Origin: Betaproteobacteria bacterium
Lineage (GTDB): Bacteria; Pseudomonadota; Gammaproteobacteria; Burkholderiales; SG8-41
Direction: 5' to 3'
DNA: 37,532 nucleotides
Assembly (NCBI GenBank): GCA_016177355.1
Contig: JACOVL010000076.1
Coordinates: forward strand, 1-37,532
The notes under the pieces are model-generated. The model was not told the origin of the DNA, did no database searches, and saw only the letters and a program-made list of their open reading frames with translations. This document shows, one piece after another, positions 1 through 8,844 of this stretch. How positions within the stretch are numbered: position 1 is the first letter of the stretch; every line of letters starts with the position of its first letter. A program made the translations under genes and the position numbers.

Positions 1-76
1 GCGACAACCTGACCGCCTGAATCTTGAACTCGACCGTATAACGATGGACCTTCTTTGGCCCGATCGGTGCCGCCAT
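1..76 (-). mobile_element. IS3-family transposase OrfA, first 25 codons only (gene runs off the left edge)
   Basis: Minus-strand ATG at 76-74, preceded by GAGGAGG (reverse complement of 82-88) 5 nt upstream. Translation is MAAPIGPKKVHRYTVEFKIQAVRLS, which resembles the N-terminal HTH segment (Y-x-x-EFK-x-x-AV) of IS3/IS911-type OrfA proteins. Recognised from memory; too short to be certain. Confidence 0.55.
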
Positions 77-86
77 GGAAACCTCC

Positions 87-692
87 TCAAGCGTTAGGCC
101 GAGGTGTCCACTTTATCGGATGAGGTTCTCTTGCCCGAAAGCGGGTGGCATTAGGAGACAGGTCGTTAATGCAGACCTGCAGCTTAAGGCCAGCTGTCAA
201 AATGGCCCCGTCAAGCACGTCCTTGTATCTAAAAAAGTCATTAAAGCCGAAGTAGTAGCACTCGCGGTTGTCGTGCTCTTCGGTCATGTCATAGATGTGC
301 GTGAGGCCGTAAAGGGTTCCGCGAAACTGCATCATTTGGAGTTCGGCATCACGTCCATCGGCATGAAGCCAGATCAGCCTGAAAGAATGTGCTGAAGCTG
401 GATATGTCCGGAGCTGGTCGATTGCGTCGCCGACGATGGCTGATACTGCGTTTGTGCGATTTATCGTCTCCGACTTCGAAACCACTTCACCGCGAACGAA
501 TGCCGCGCGTTCTGCCGTGGTCCGCTCGATATTGTCTTGTCGCGATTTGATCTCGATAATATAGTGCGCATTGTCTTTAATGACGTAAAGATCGGGCGTT
601 TTGCTGTCTCTCTTTCCGGGTATCTCGGACACTTCAAACTCGTGCTCGTTCAAGAGCCGGATGATTGCCGACTTCAGCTCGCGGTCGTCCAT
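87..692 (-). CDS. hypothetical protein with an N-terminal PD-(D/E)xK nuclease-like motif
   Basis: 201-aa ORF in the low-GC island. The N-terminus reads helix (LLNEHEFEV), then TPD(34)LYVIKDNAHYIIE(47)IK(49), which fits the PD...(D/E)xK restriction-endonuclease-fold signature. The C-terminal 130 aa were not recognised. No clear SD. The stop overlaps the SD of the IS3 orfA. Confidence 0.6.
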   Translation of the reverse strand: MDDRELKSAIIRLLNEHEFEVSEIPGKRDSKTPDLYVIKDNAHYIIEIKSRQDNIERTTAERAAFVRGEVVSKSETINRTNAVSAIVGDAIDQLRTYPASAHSFRLIWLHADGRDAELQMMQFRGTLYGLTHIYDMTEEHDNRECYYFGFNDFFRYKDVLDGAILTAGLKLQVCINDLSPNATRFRAREPHPIKWTPRPNA

Positions 693-800
693 GAGTCACT
701 TAACGTGTTGTTCTGCGGCGGCCCAGAGCGACGGGTGCATTGGCACCGCGCTGGCGGCCCGTCCGCAGCAACAAAGTTAGACGTGGCCGTTGCCATTGCG

Positions 801-1517
801 TTAATGCTGCGTCTTGCTACGCATAACATCAAGTTGCTCGGAAAGCTTTTCCCGATCATAGAGCTTGTATTGCACCGTTTGGCTTGAATGTCGACAGTCA
901 AGCGAAAGCTCCTGCGGTTCAACACCCATCCATTCCACAACAGCGTTGACAGTCTCTCCAGTCCGCAGCCACGCACGCGCCGCAAGATCGACAATTTCTT
1001 CTTTGAAAGGTAGTACCCGCCAAATCCTATGAACACACGGCAATGAGTCGTCATCGGGCACAAGGAGTTCCAGAAAATCGCGATGACCAACGACCATATG
1101 CAGGTAGCGCTCCATGGCGCCATCGCTGTCTTCCATTGGATGGATTGGGAAAGTTAGTCCGGCTTTAAACCCGCGCCCTTCAGTGAGACCAATCCCGCCA
1201 TAGCTGTTGGGCACCAACATGCCCCGATGAACGACGAAATCACGCTGCTCCGATAGAAACTTCATTAGCGGGTCGGAAAGTAGGCGATCCTTTTCCTCGC
1301 GAAACCAGGTAGGGAAATTCTCTTCATTTTGTAGCCCCATCTGGATGAGTTGAGGAACCTCCTTAAGCGATTTCAAGAACGCATTCAGGTGCCAACGAAA
1401 GGGGTCTGAGTAGTGATAGAACTGCTCGAGCGTGTGAATCCAGAAATGAGACTCCCTAAATCGATCGAGTGCTGACTCGATCTTCGCGAGTGGATGCTCT
1501 GTGCCTCCTGTCTCCAT
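801..1517 (-). CDS. hypothetical protein with a HEPN-like Rx4H motif
   Basis: 238-aa ORF in the low-GC island. The N-terminal 100 aa are predicted all-helical and end in R92-D-F-V-V-H97 (coded at 1227-1244). This fits the HEPN R-[NDH]-x3-H ribonuclease motif. I recognise no other family. Confidence 0.55.
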   Translation of the reverse strand: METGGTEHPLAKIESALDRFRESHFWIHTLEQFYHYSDPFRWHLNAFLKSLKEVPQLIQMGLQNEENFPTWFREEKDRLLSDPLMKFLSEQRDFVVHRGMLVPNSYGGIGLTEGRGFKAGLTFPIHPMEDSDGAMERYLHMVVGHRDFLELLVPDDDSLPCVHRIWRVLPFKEEIVDLAARAWLRTGETVNAVVEWMGVEPQELSLDCRHSSQTVQYKLYDREKLSEQLDVMRSKTQH

Positions 1518-1604
1518 ATCCTGCCACGTCTAACTAGAAATAGGTGGCGGTTACTTGGTGAGGAAAAGTATATACCGGCAGCATGCACAGACCTCGGGCG
1601 GCGG

Positions 1605-3062
1605 TTATTTGCCTTCCCTGAACGCGCGCTCGATGTCGGCGCTGGCTTTGTCTTCTTCTCCCGGTTTCGTTTCTTCGCCGGGGGCGGACTCGACCGGCGG
1701 GATCTGGATCTCGATGCTCGTCGCGTCCTTCACCGCGCCCTTGCCCGTCATGCCGGTGACGAGCTGCGGGAACGCGATCACGAGCGCGAGCGCGACGAGC
1801 TGCACGCACACGAACGGCACGATGCCCCGGTAGATGTCGAGCGTCTTCACTTCCTTCGGCGCGACGCTGCGCAGGTAGAACAGCGCGAAGCCGAACGGCG
1901 GGGTCAGGAACGAGGCCTGCAGGTTGATGCCGACCATCACCGCGAACCACACCATGTCGAGGCCGAGCTTGGCTGCGACCGGTCCGAGCAGCGGCAGCAG
2001 GATGAACGCGATCTCGAAGAAGTCTATGAAGAAGCCGAGCACGAAGATCAGCAGGTTGACGACGATGATGAAGCCCCACACTCCGCCCGGCACCAGCGAG
2101 AACAGCCGCTCCACCCACAGGTCGCCGTCCACCGCGCGGAACGTGAGCGCGAAGACGGTCGAGCCGATCAGGATGAACATCACGAAGCTCGCGAGCCGGG
2201 TGGTCGAGTCGAGCGCCTCGCGCAGCATCTTCATGTTCAGCCGGCCCTTGGCCCACGCCAGCGCGAGCGAGCCCACGGCGCCGAGCGCGCCGCCCTCGGT
2301 CGGCGTCGCGATGCCCATGAAGATCGAGCCCAGCACGAGAAAGATCAGGGCGAGCGGCGGGACCATGACCAGCAGCACGTGGCGGTAGAGCGGCCATCCC
2401 CGCAGCGTGCGCGCCCCGGGCGGCAGCGCCGGCGCGACGCCCGGCTTGAGGAAGGAAGCGATCGCGACGTAGAGCATCAACATCCCGACCAGCGCCAGGC
2501 TGGGCACCGTCGCGCCGAGATAGATATCGCCGACCGAGGCGCCGAGCACGTCGGCGAGCACGATCAGAACGATGGACGGCGGGATGATCTGGGCGAGCGT
2601 CCCTGAGGCGCAGATGACGCCGCTCGCGAGCCGGCGCGAATAGCCGTAGCGCAGCATCACCGGCAGCGAGATCAGCCCCATCGCGATCACCGAGGCGGCG
2701 ATGACCCCCGTGGTCGCCGCGAGCAGGGCGCCGACGAAGATCACGGCGTAGGCGACGCCGCCGCGCACCGGGCCGAACAGCTGCCCGATGGTGTCGAGCA
2801 GGTCCTCGGCCATGCCGCTGCGCTCCAGCACCAGCCCCATGAAGGTGAAGAACGGGATCGCGAGCAGCAGCTGGTTCTGCATGATGCCGAACAGCCGCTG
2901 CGGCAGCGCCTGCAGCAGCTCCGGCTGCAGCATCCCGAGCTCGAAGCCGATGAAGGCGAACAGCAGGCCGTTCGCGGCGAGCGCGAACGCGACCGGATAG
3001 CCGAGCAGCAAAAAAATCGCGAGTCCCGCGAACATCAGGGGCGCCATCAGCTCAAATGCCAT
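1605..3062 (-). CDS. dctM: TRAP transporter large permease subunit (DctM family) with a charged C-terminal tail
   Basis: 485-aa polytopic membrane protein with typical DctM sequence (LLLGYPVAFAL..., AIPFFTFMG..., GTLAQIIPPS). High GC3. Confidence 0.9.
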   Translation of the reverse strand: MAFELMAPLMFAGLAIFLLLGYPVAFALAANGLLFAFIGFELGMLQPELLQALPQRLFGIMQNQLLLAIPFFTFMGLVLERSGMAEDLLDTIGQLFGPVRGGVAYAVIFVGALLAATTGVIAASVIAMGLISLPVMLRYGYSRRLASGVICASGTLAQIIPPSIVLIVLADVLGASVGDIYLGATVPSLALVGMLMLYVAIASFLKPGVAPALPPGARTLRGWPLYRHVLLVMVPPLALIFLVLGSIFMGIATPTEGGALGAVGSLALAWAKGRLNMKMLREALDSTTRLASFVMFILIGSTVFALTFRAVDGDLWVERLFSLVPGGVWGFIIVVNLLIFVLGFFIDFFEIAFILLPLLGPVAAKLGLDMVWFAVMVGINLQASFLTPPFGFALFYLRSVAPKEVKTLDIYRGIVPFVCVQLVALALVIAFPQLVTGMTGKGAVKDATSIEIQIPPVESAPGEETKPGEEDKASADIERAFREGK

Positions 3063-3077
3063 GACTACGCCGTCCGC

Positions 3078-3593
3078 CTATTCGGCGCGCCCGCGCAGGA
3101 ACGCGATGCGCTTGATGGTTTCCGAGACGCCCTGCAGGATCAGCAGCAGGAAGGCGAGCGGCACGACGAGCTTGACCGGCCAGCGCAAGAGGCCGCCGGC
3201 ATCCCCCGAAATCTCGTTGATGCGCCAGGACTCGAGGAAGGCGCCCCAGCCGTACCACAGGATGATCGCGCACGCCGGCAGCAGCATGAACAGCCCGCCG
3301 AAGACGTCGATCCACGCCTGCGCCCGTTTCGAAAGCCGGCCGGAAACGAGGTCGATGCGCACGTGCGCGTTGTGCTTGAGCGTGTAGCCGGCGGCGCACA
3401 GGAACACGATCGAATAGAGGTACCACTGGATCTCGAGGAAGGCGTTGGAACTGAAGTTGAAACCGTAGCGCGCGACCGCGTTGGCGGCGCTGATCAGCAC
3501 GCAGGCGAGCACGAGCCAGGTCGTGCAGCGGCCGACGCGCTCGTTCACGGCGTCGATCAGCCGCGACACGGAGAGCAGCGTTTTCACGGCCAT
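3078..3593 (-). CDS. dctQ: TRAP transporter small permease subunit (DctQ family)
   Basis: 171-aa protein with 4 TM segments, 15 nt upstream of dctM on the same strand. This is the typical DctQ size and position. Confidence 0.85.
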   Translation of the reverse strand: MAVKTLLSVSRLIDAVNERVGRCTTWLVLACVLISAANAVARYGFNFSSNAFLEIQWYLYSIVFLCAAGYTLKHNAHVRIDLVSGRLSKRAQAWIDVFGGLFMLLPACAIILWYGWGAFLESWRINEISGDAGGLLRWPVKLVVPLAFLLLILQGVSETIKRIAFLRGRAE

Positions 3594-3639
3594 GACTTTA
3601 GTGCTAAAATCAACGGTTTACAAGACGAAACGTGGCCCC

Positions 3640-4887
<1,248 letters not shown>

Positions 4888-4900
4888 TGATGAATGCAAA

Positions 4901-5317
4901 GTGCAAAGTGACGACGGGGACAGCATCCGCCGCCGGCGCAAGTGCACCGCCTGCAACAAGCGCTTCACCACCTACGAGACGGTGGAGCTGCGCATGCCGC
5001 AGGTGGTGAAGCAGGACGGCAGCCGCGCCGAATTCGACCTCGACAAGCTGCGCACCGGCTTCATGCGCGCGCTGCACAAGCGGCCGGTGCCGACGCCGCT
5101 GGTGGACGAGGCCGTCGCCACCATCGCCCAGGACGTGCTGTCCCTCGGCGAGCGCGAGATCGGCTCCCGGCGCGTGGGCGAGATGGTGATGCGGGAGCTC
5201 TACAAGCTCGACCAGGTCGCCTATATCCGTTTCGCTTCCGTCTACCGCAGCTTCCAGGGCGTTGACGATTTCCGGGACGCGATCAAGGAAGTCCAGCACC
5301 CCGCCGGCAAAAAGTAA
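4901..5317 (+). CDS. nrdR: transcriptional repressor NrdR, N-terminally shortened (first CxxC of the zinc ribbon absent)
   Basis: GTG start. (M)[25 protein letters not shown] aligns to residues 17 onward of canonical NrdR. The ATP-cone follows ([13 protein letters not shown]). An in-frame TGA at 4850-4852 and the lack of any start codon before 4901 exclude a longer N-terminus. Confidence 0.85.
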   Translation: MQSDDGDSIRRRRKCTACNKRFTTYETVELRMPQVVKQDGSRAEFDLDKLRTGFMRALHKRPVPTPLVDEAVATIAQDVLSLGEREIGSRRVGEMVMRELYKLDQVAYIRFASVYRSFQGVDDFRDAIKEVQHPAGKK

Positions 5318-5327
5318 TCACGCCTTC

Positions 5328-6413
5328 GTGTTTACAGCCGACGATCACCGCCACATGGCCCGCGCGCTGGAGCTCGCGGGCCGCGGCCTGTACACGACGA
5401 CGCCCAACCCGCGGGTGGGCTGCGTGATCGTGCGCGACGGCGCCGTGGCGGGAGAAGGCTGGCACGAGCGCGCCGGCGGCCCTCATGCCGAAGTCATTGC
5501 GCTCGCAGCCGCGGGCGCGCGCGCGCGCGGCGCCACCGCCTACGTCTCGCTCGAGCCGTGCTCGCACCACGGCCGCACCGCGCCCTGCGCCGACGCGCTG
5601 ATCGAGGCGGGCGTTGCGCGCGTCGTCGCCGCCATGCAGGACCCCAATCCGCAGGTCGCGGGCCGGGGCCTGGCGCGACTCAGGGAAAAGAACATCAAGG
5701 TCGCCGCCGGCTTGCTGGAGAACGAGGCGCGCGAGTTGAACATCGGCTTCGTCTCGCGCATGGCGCGCGGCCGGCCCTGGGTGCGGATGAAGATCGCGGC
5801 GAGCCTCGACGGCAGGACCGCGCTCCTGAACGGCAGCAGCCGGTGGATCACCGGCGAGGCGGCGCGGCGCGACGGCCATCACTGGCGCGCGCGCGCGTGC
5901 GCGGTGCTGACCGGCGCCGGCACGGTGCGCGACGACGACCCGCAGTTGACGGTGCGCGAGGTCGCGACGCCGCGCCAGCCGCTGCGCGTGGTGGTGGACA
6001 GCAAGCTCGAGACCCCGCCCGCGGCGAGGATATTGCAGGGCGGCGGGACGCTGGTGGCGGCGGCGCGCGCGGAGCAGGGGAAAATCGCGGCGCTCCAGGC
6101 GCAGGGCGCCGAAGTGATCGTGATGCCGAACCGCGCAGGCAAGGTCGAGCTCGGAGATTTGTTCCGGGAGCTCGCGCGCCGCGGCGTGAACGAGGTGCAC
6201 GTGGAAGCGGGGCACAAGTTGAACGGCTCGCTGCTCGCGGAAGGGTGCGTGGACGAGCTCGTGATCTACCTCGCGCCGAGCCTGATCGGCGACGCCGCGC
6301 ACGGCATGTTCGATCTCCCGGCGCTCACCGACCTCGCCGGCCGCCGCGTGCTCGGGATCCGGGACCTGCGCCAGATCGGACCCGATATCCGGGTGATCGC
6401 GAGGTTCGTATAA
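5328..6413 (+). CDS. ribD: bifunctional riboflavin biosynthesis protein RibD (pyrimidine deaminase/uracil reductase)
   Basis: MARALELA...TTPNPRVGCVIV, HAEV and LEPCSHHGRTAPC deaminase motifs, plus a C-terminal reductase domain. The start is uncertain: GTG 5328 is preferred and ATG 5355 is possible. The ORF-track start at 5262 overlaps nrdR. Confidence 0.9.
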   Translation: MFTADDHRHMARALELAGRGLYTTTPNPRVGCVIVRDGAVAGEGWHERAGGPHAEVIALAAAGARARGATAYVSLEPCSHHGRTAPCADALIEAGVARVVAAMQDPNPQVAGRGLARLREKNIKVAAGLLENEARELNIGFVSRMARGRPWVRMKIAASLDGRTALLNGSSRWITGEAARRDGHHWRARACAVLTGAGTVRDDDPQLTVREVATPRQPLRVVVDSKLETPPAARILQGGGTLVAAARAEQGKIAALQAQGAEVIVMPNRAGKVELGDLFRELARRGVNEVHVEAGHKLNGSLLAEGCVDELVIYLAPSLIGDAAHGMFDLPALTDLAGRRVLGIRDLRQIGPDIRVIARFV

Positions 6414-7003
6414 TGTTTTCCGGGATCGTCGCGGTGGTGGGGCGGGTGTCCCGGGTGGACCCGGCGGCGGGCGGCGTGCGCCTGCGCGTGGACGCCGGCG
6501 GCCTCGACCTGGGCGATGTCGCGATCGGCGACAGCATCGCCGTGAACGGCGTGTGCCTTACCGTGGTGGCGAAATCGGCGCAGACTTTCGAGGCGGACGT
6601 GTCACGGGAGACATTGAACAGCAGCATGGGCTACACGGCGGGGAGCCGCGTCAACCTGGAGAAGGCGCTGCGCCTGGCGGACCGCCTCGGCGGCCACCTC
6701 GTGAGCGGCCACGTGGACGGCGTCGGCACGGTGAAGCATTGCAGGCCGGCCGGCGACAGCCGCCTGCTGGCGGTGGCGGCGCCGCGCGGGCTGGCGAAAT
6801 ATATCGCGCGCAAGGGCTCGATCGCGGTAAACGGCGCGAGCCTGACGGTGAACGCGGTGAAAGGAGCGGAATTCACGGTGAATCTCATCCCGCACACTCT
6901 GGCCGCCACCAATCTGGGCGACCTGCGCGCGCGCGACCCGGTCAACCTGGAAGTGGATATGCTGGCGCGTTACGTCGAGAGGTTGAAGGGGAACCGCAGA
7001 TAA
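6413..7003 (+). CDS. ribE: riboflavin synthase (alpha chain)
   Basis: MFSGIV...GDSIAVNGVCLTV...GSIAVNGASLTV shows the duplicated lumazine-binding repeats. Its ATG overlaps the ribD stop (TAATG). The last codons and the stop lie inside a decamer repeat array. Confidence 0.93.
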   Translation: MFSGIVAVVGRVSRVDPAAGGVRLRVDAGGLDLGDVAIGDSIAVNGVCLTVVAKSAQTFEADVSRETLNSSMGYTAGSRVNLEKALRLADRLGGHLVSGHVDGVGTVKHCRPAGDSRLLAVAAPRGLAKYIARKGSIAVNGASLTVNAVKGAEFTVNLIPHTLAATNLGDLRARDPVNLEVDMLARYVERLKGNRR

Positions 7004-7151
7004 ACGCAGATACACGCAGATAACATCAAGACTAGAGACAAGTGAAGTAAACAGGGCCGACAGGTATTAAGGGATTGCGGATTCAAAGGTCTTATCAGGT
7101 GGTTCAGCTTATTTTTGGTTTTTATCCGCGTTTATCTGCGTTTATCTGCGG
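6995..7151. repeat. inverted pair of 3 x 10-nt tandem arrays flanking a 96-bp AT-rich core
   Basis: Left array: cgcagataaa/cgcagataca/cgcagataac (6995-7024). Right array: tttatccgcg/tttatctgcg/tttatctgcg (7121-7150). The reverse complement of the right array matches the left at 27 of 30 positions. Confidence 0.9.
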
Positions 7152-7173
7152 CTAATATGGGTTTGAATTTGAT

Positions 7174-8316
7174 ATGAGTTCGAGACAGGAAACGGGCATC
7201 AGCCCCATTGCCGAGGTCATCGCCGAGCTGAAGGCCGGCCGGATGGTGGTGCTGGTGGACGAGGAGGACCGCGAGAACGAGGGCGATCTGCTGATGGCGG
7301 CGGAGTTCGTGACCGCGGACGCGGTCAACTTCATGGCGCGCTACGGCAGGGGGCTCGTCTGCCTCACGCTGACCGAGGAGAAGTGCCGGGCCCTCAACCT
7401 CCCGCTGATGGTCGTCAACAACCGCTCGACGCTCGGCACCAACTTCACGGTATCCATCGAGGCCGCGGCGGGCGTCACCACCGGCATTTCCGCCGCCGAC
7501 CGCGCGCGCACCGTGCAGGTCGCGATCCGGGCCGACGCGGGCCCGCGCGACCTGGTGCAGCCGGGCCACATCTTTCCGCTGATGGCGCAGGAGGGCGGCG
7601 TGCTGGTGCGCGCCGGCCACACCGAGGCCGGCTGCGATCTCGCCCGGCTCGCGGGCTGCGCGCCGGCGGCGGTGATCTGCGAGATACTCAAGGACGACGG
7701 CGAGATGGCGCGGCTGCCGGACCTCGTCGAATTCGCCGCGCAGCACAAGCTGCGGATCGGCACCATCACCGACCTCATCCATTACCGCGCGAGCAATGAA
7801 TCGCTGGTCGAACGGATGACGGAGCGCGACATCGAGACGGCGCACGGGAAATTCCGTCTCCACGTCTACAGCGACCGCATCGGGGACGCGACCCACCTCG
7901 CGCTGGTGCGCGGCAGGCCCGTTCCCGGCCAGGAGACGCTGGTGCGCGTGCACGAGCCGCTGTCGGTGATGGACCTGCTCGACGTGGAAAGCCGCAGCCA
8001 CTCCTGGAACTTCAACGATGCGCTCGCCGCGGTGAGCCGCGCCGAGCGCGGGGTGATCTTGCTGATGCACCGGGTGGAAACGGCGGCCGAACTGCTCGAG
8101 CGCGCGCGGCCGCGCGAGGGCCAGGCGGCGGCGCAGGGCATCGCGCTCCGCAACTACGGCATCGGCGCGCAGATCCTGAAGGACCTCGGCGTGAAGAAGA
8201 TGCGGCTGCTGGCGCTGCCGCGCCGCATGCCCAGCATGGCGGGCTTCGGCCTGGAAGTCACCGGCTACTTGCAGCCAGGTGGGGGAACGGGAGAGCGGGA
8301 GAGCGGGAGAGCGTGA
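7174..8316 (+). CDS. ribBA: 3,4-dihydroxy-2-butanone-4-phosphate synthase fused to a degenerate GTP cyclohydrolase II-like domain (RibBX-type RibBA)
   Basis: The N-terminal domain has typical DHBP synthase sequence (DEEDRENEGDL, GHIFPL, RAGHTEA). The C-terminal domain aligns to GCHII, but VRVHSECxTGD...CDCG is replaced by VRVHEPLSVMDLL...SHSWNF, with no zinc cysteines. The last 12 codons are encoded by an octamer array. Confidence 0.9.
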   Translation: MSSRQETGISPIAEVIAELKAGRMVVLVDEEDRENEGDLLMAAEFVTADAVNFMARYGRGLVCLTLTEEKCRALNLPLMVVNNRSTLGTNFTVSIEAAAGVTTGISAADRARTVQVAIRADAGPRDLVQPGHIFPLMAQEGGVLVRAGHTEAGCDLARLAGCAPAAVICEILKDDGEMARLPDLVEFAAQHKLRIGTITDLIHYRASNESLVERMTERDIETAHGKFRLHVYSDRIGDATHLALVRGRPVPGQETLVRVHEPLSVMDLLDVESRSHSWNFNDALAAVSRAERGVILLMHRVETAAELLERARPREGQAAAQGIALRNYGIGAQILKDLGVKKMRLLALPRRMPSMAGFGLEVTGYLQPGGGTGERESGRA

Positions 8317-8361
8317 GGGGGAAGGCGTATTTTCGATCTCCCGACCTCACGACCTCCCGGA
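8288..8361. repeat. tandem 8-nt array with an imperfect inverted partner array
   Basis: Left: cgggagag x3 then cgtgaggg (8288-8319). Right: ctcccgac/ctcacgac/ctcccgga (8338-8361), whose reverse complement resembles the left units. Fills the ribBA-ribH gap and contains the ribBA stop. Confidence 0.85.
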
Positions 8362-8367
8362 ACTTAA

Positions 8368-8844
8368 ATGGCGCGGAAAGACGACATCGAGCGGCTCGAG
8401 CCGGATCTGAACGGCGCCGGGCTGCGCATCGGCATCGTGATGAGCCGCTTCAACCAGGACGCGGGCGAGGGGCTGCTGTCGAGTTGCGCCGCGGCGCTCG
8501 CGAAGCACGGCGTGCGCGCCAGGGACATCCGGGTCGTCACCGTCCCGGGCGCGCTGGAGGTGCCGCTCGCGCTGCAGAAGATGGCGAACACCGGGCGTTT
8601 CGACGCGCTGATCGCGCTCGGCGCCGTGATCCGGGGCGAGACCTACCACTTCGAGATCGTCGCCAGCAAGTCGGCGGAAGGCATCGCCTCGGTCGCGCTC
8701 GACACCGGGGTGCCGGTCGCGAACGGCGTCCTTACCACCGACAACGACGGCCAGGCGCTGGCGCGCGTGGCGCGGAAAGGCGCCGACTGCGCCGCGGTGG
8801 CGGTGGAGATGGCCAACCTGATGAGGCGGCTCGGTGAAGACTAG
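8368..8844 (+). CDS. ribH: 6,7-dimethyl-8-ribityllumazine synthase
   Basis: 158 aa. Contains [32 protein letters not shown] and GVLT, the classic RibH motifs. Confidence 0.95.
   Translation: MARKDDIERLEPDLNGAGLRIGIVMSRFNQDAGEGLLSSCAAALAKHGVRARDIRVVTVPGALEVPLALQKMANTGRFDALIALGAVIRGETYHFEIVASKSAEGIASVALDTGVPVANGVLTTDNDGQALARVARKGADCAAVAVEMANLMRRLGED

Noticed and set aside
700-775. GC-rich stretch with weak hairpins (CTGCGG...CCGCAG and GGTGC-attg-GCACC) between the two island genes.
   Set aside because: The stems are short (5-9 bp, with a bulge and a long loop) and could arise by chance. There is no U-tract or repeat partner elsewhere in the window.
75-1123. Plus-strand and alternative-frame ORFs in the low-GC island (75-395 plus, 537-887 plus, 674-1123 minus).
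   Set aside because: They overlap the two longer minus-strand ORFs, which have more protein-like sequence and recognisable motifs. There is no independent support.
5505-5530. Alternating (GC)n runs inside ribD (also around 5885-5900 and 6925-6940).
   Set aside because: They encode ordinary Ala/Arg runs in a high-GC gene. There is no evidence of function beyond composition.
7121-7150. Decamers TTATC(C/T)GCG read as DnaA boxes, implying an origin-like region.
   Set aside because: They differ from TTATCCACA at two of nine positions, including the conserved ACA end. There is no dnaA, dnaN or gidA context, and similar arrays with unrelated units occur at other loci. A DnaA-box reading is therefore unlikely.
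7004-7173. Possible FMN riboswitch (RFN element) ahead of ribBA.
   Set aside because: I could not find the conserved RFN core segments in the spacer, which is occupied by the decamer arrays and an AT-rich core. This needs an Infernal scan to be formally excluded.
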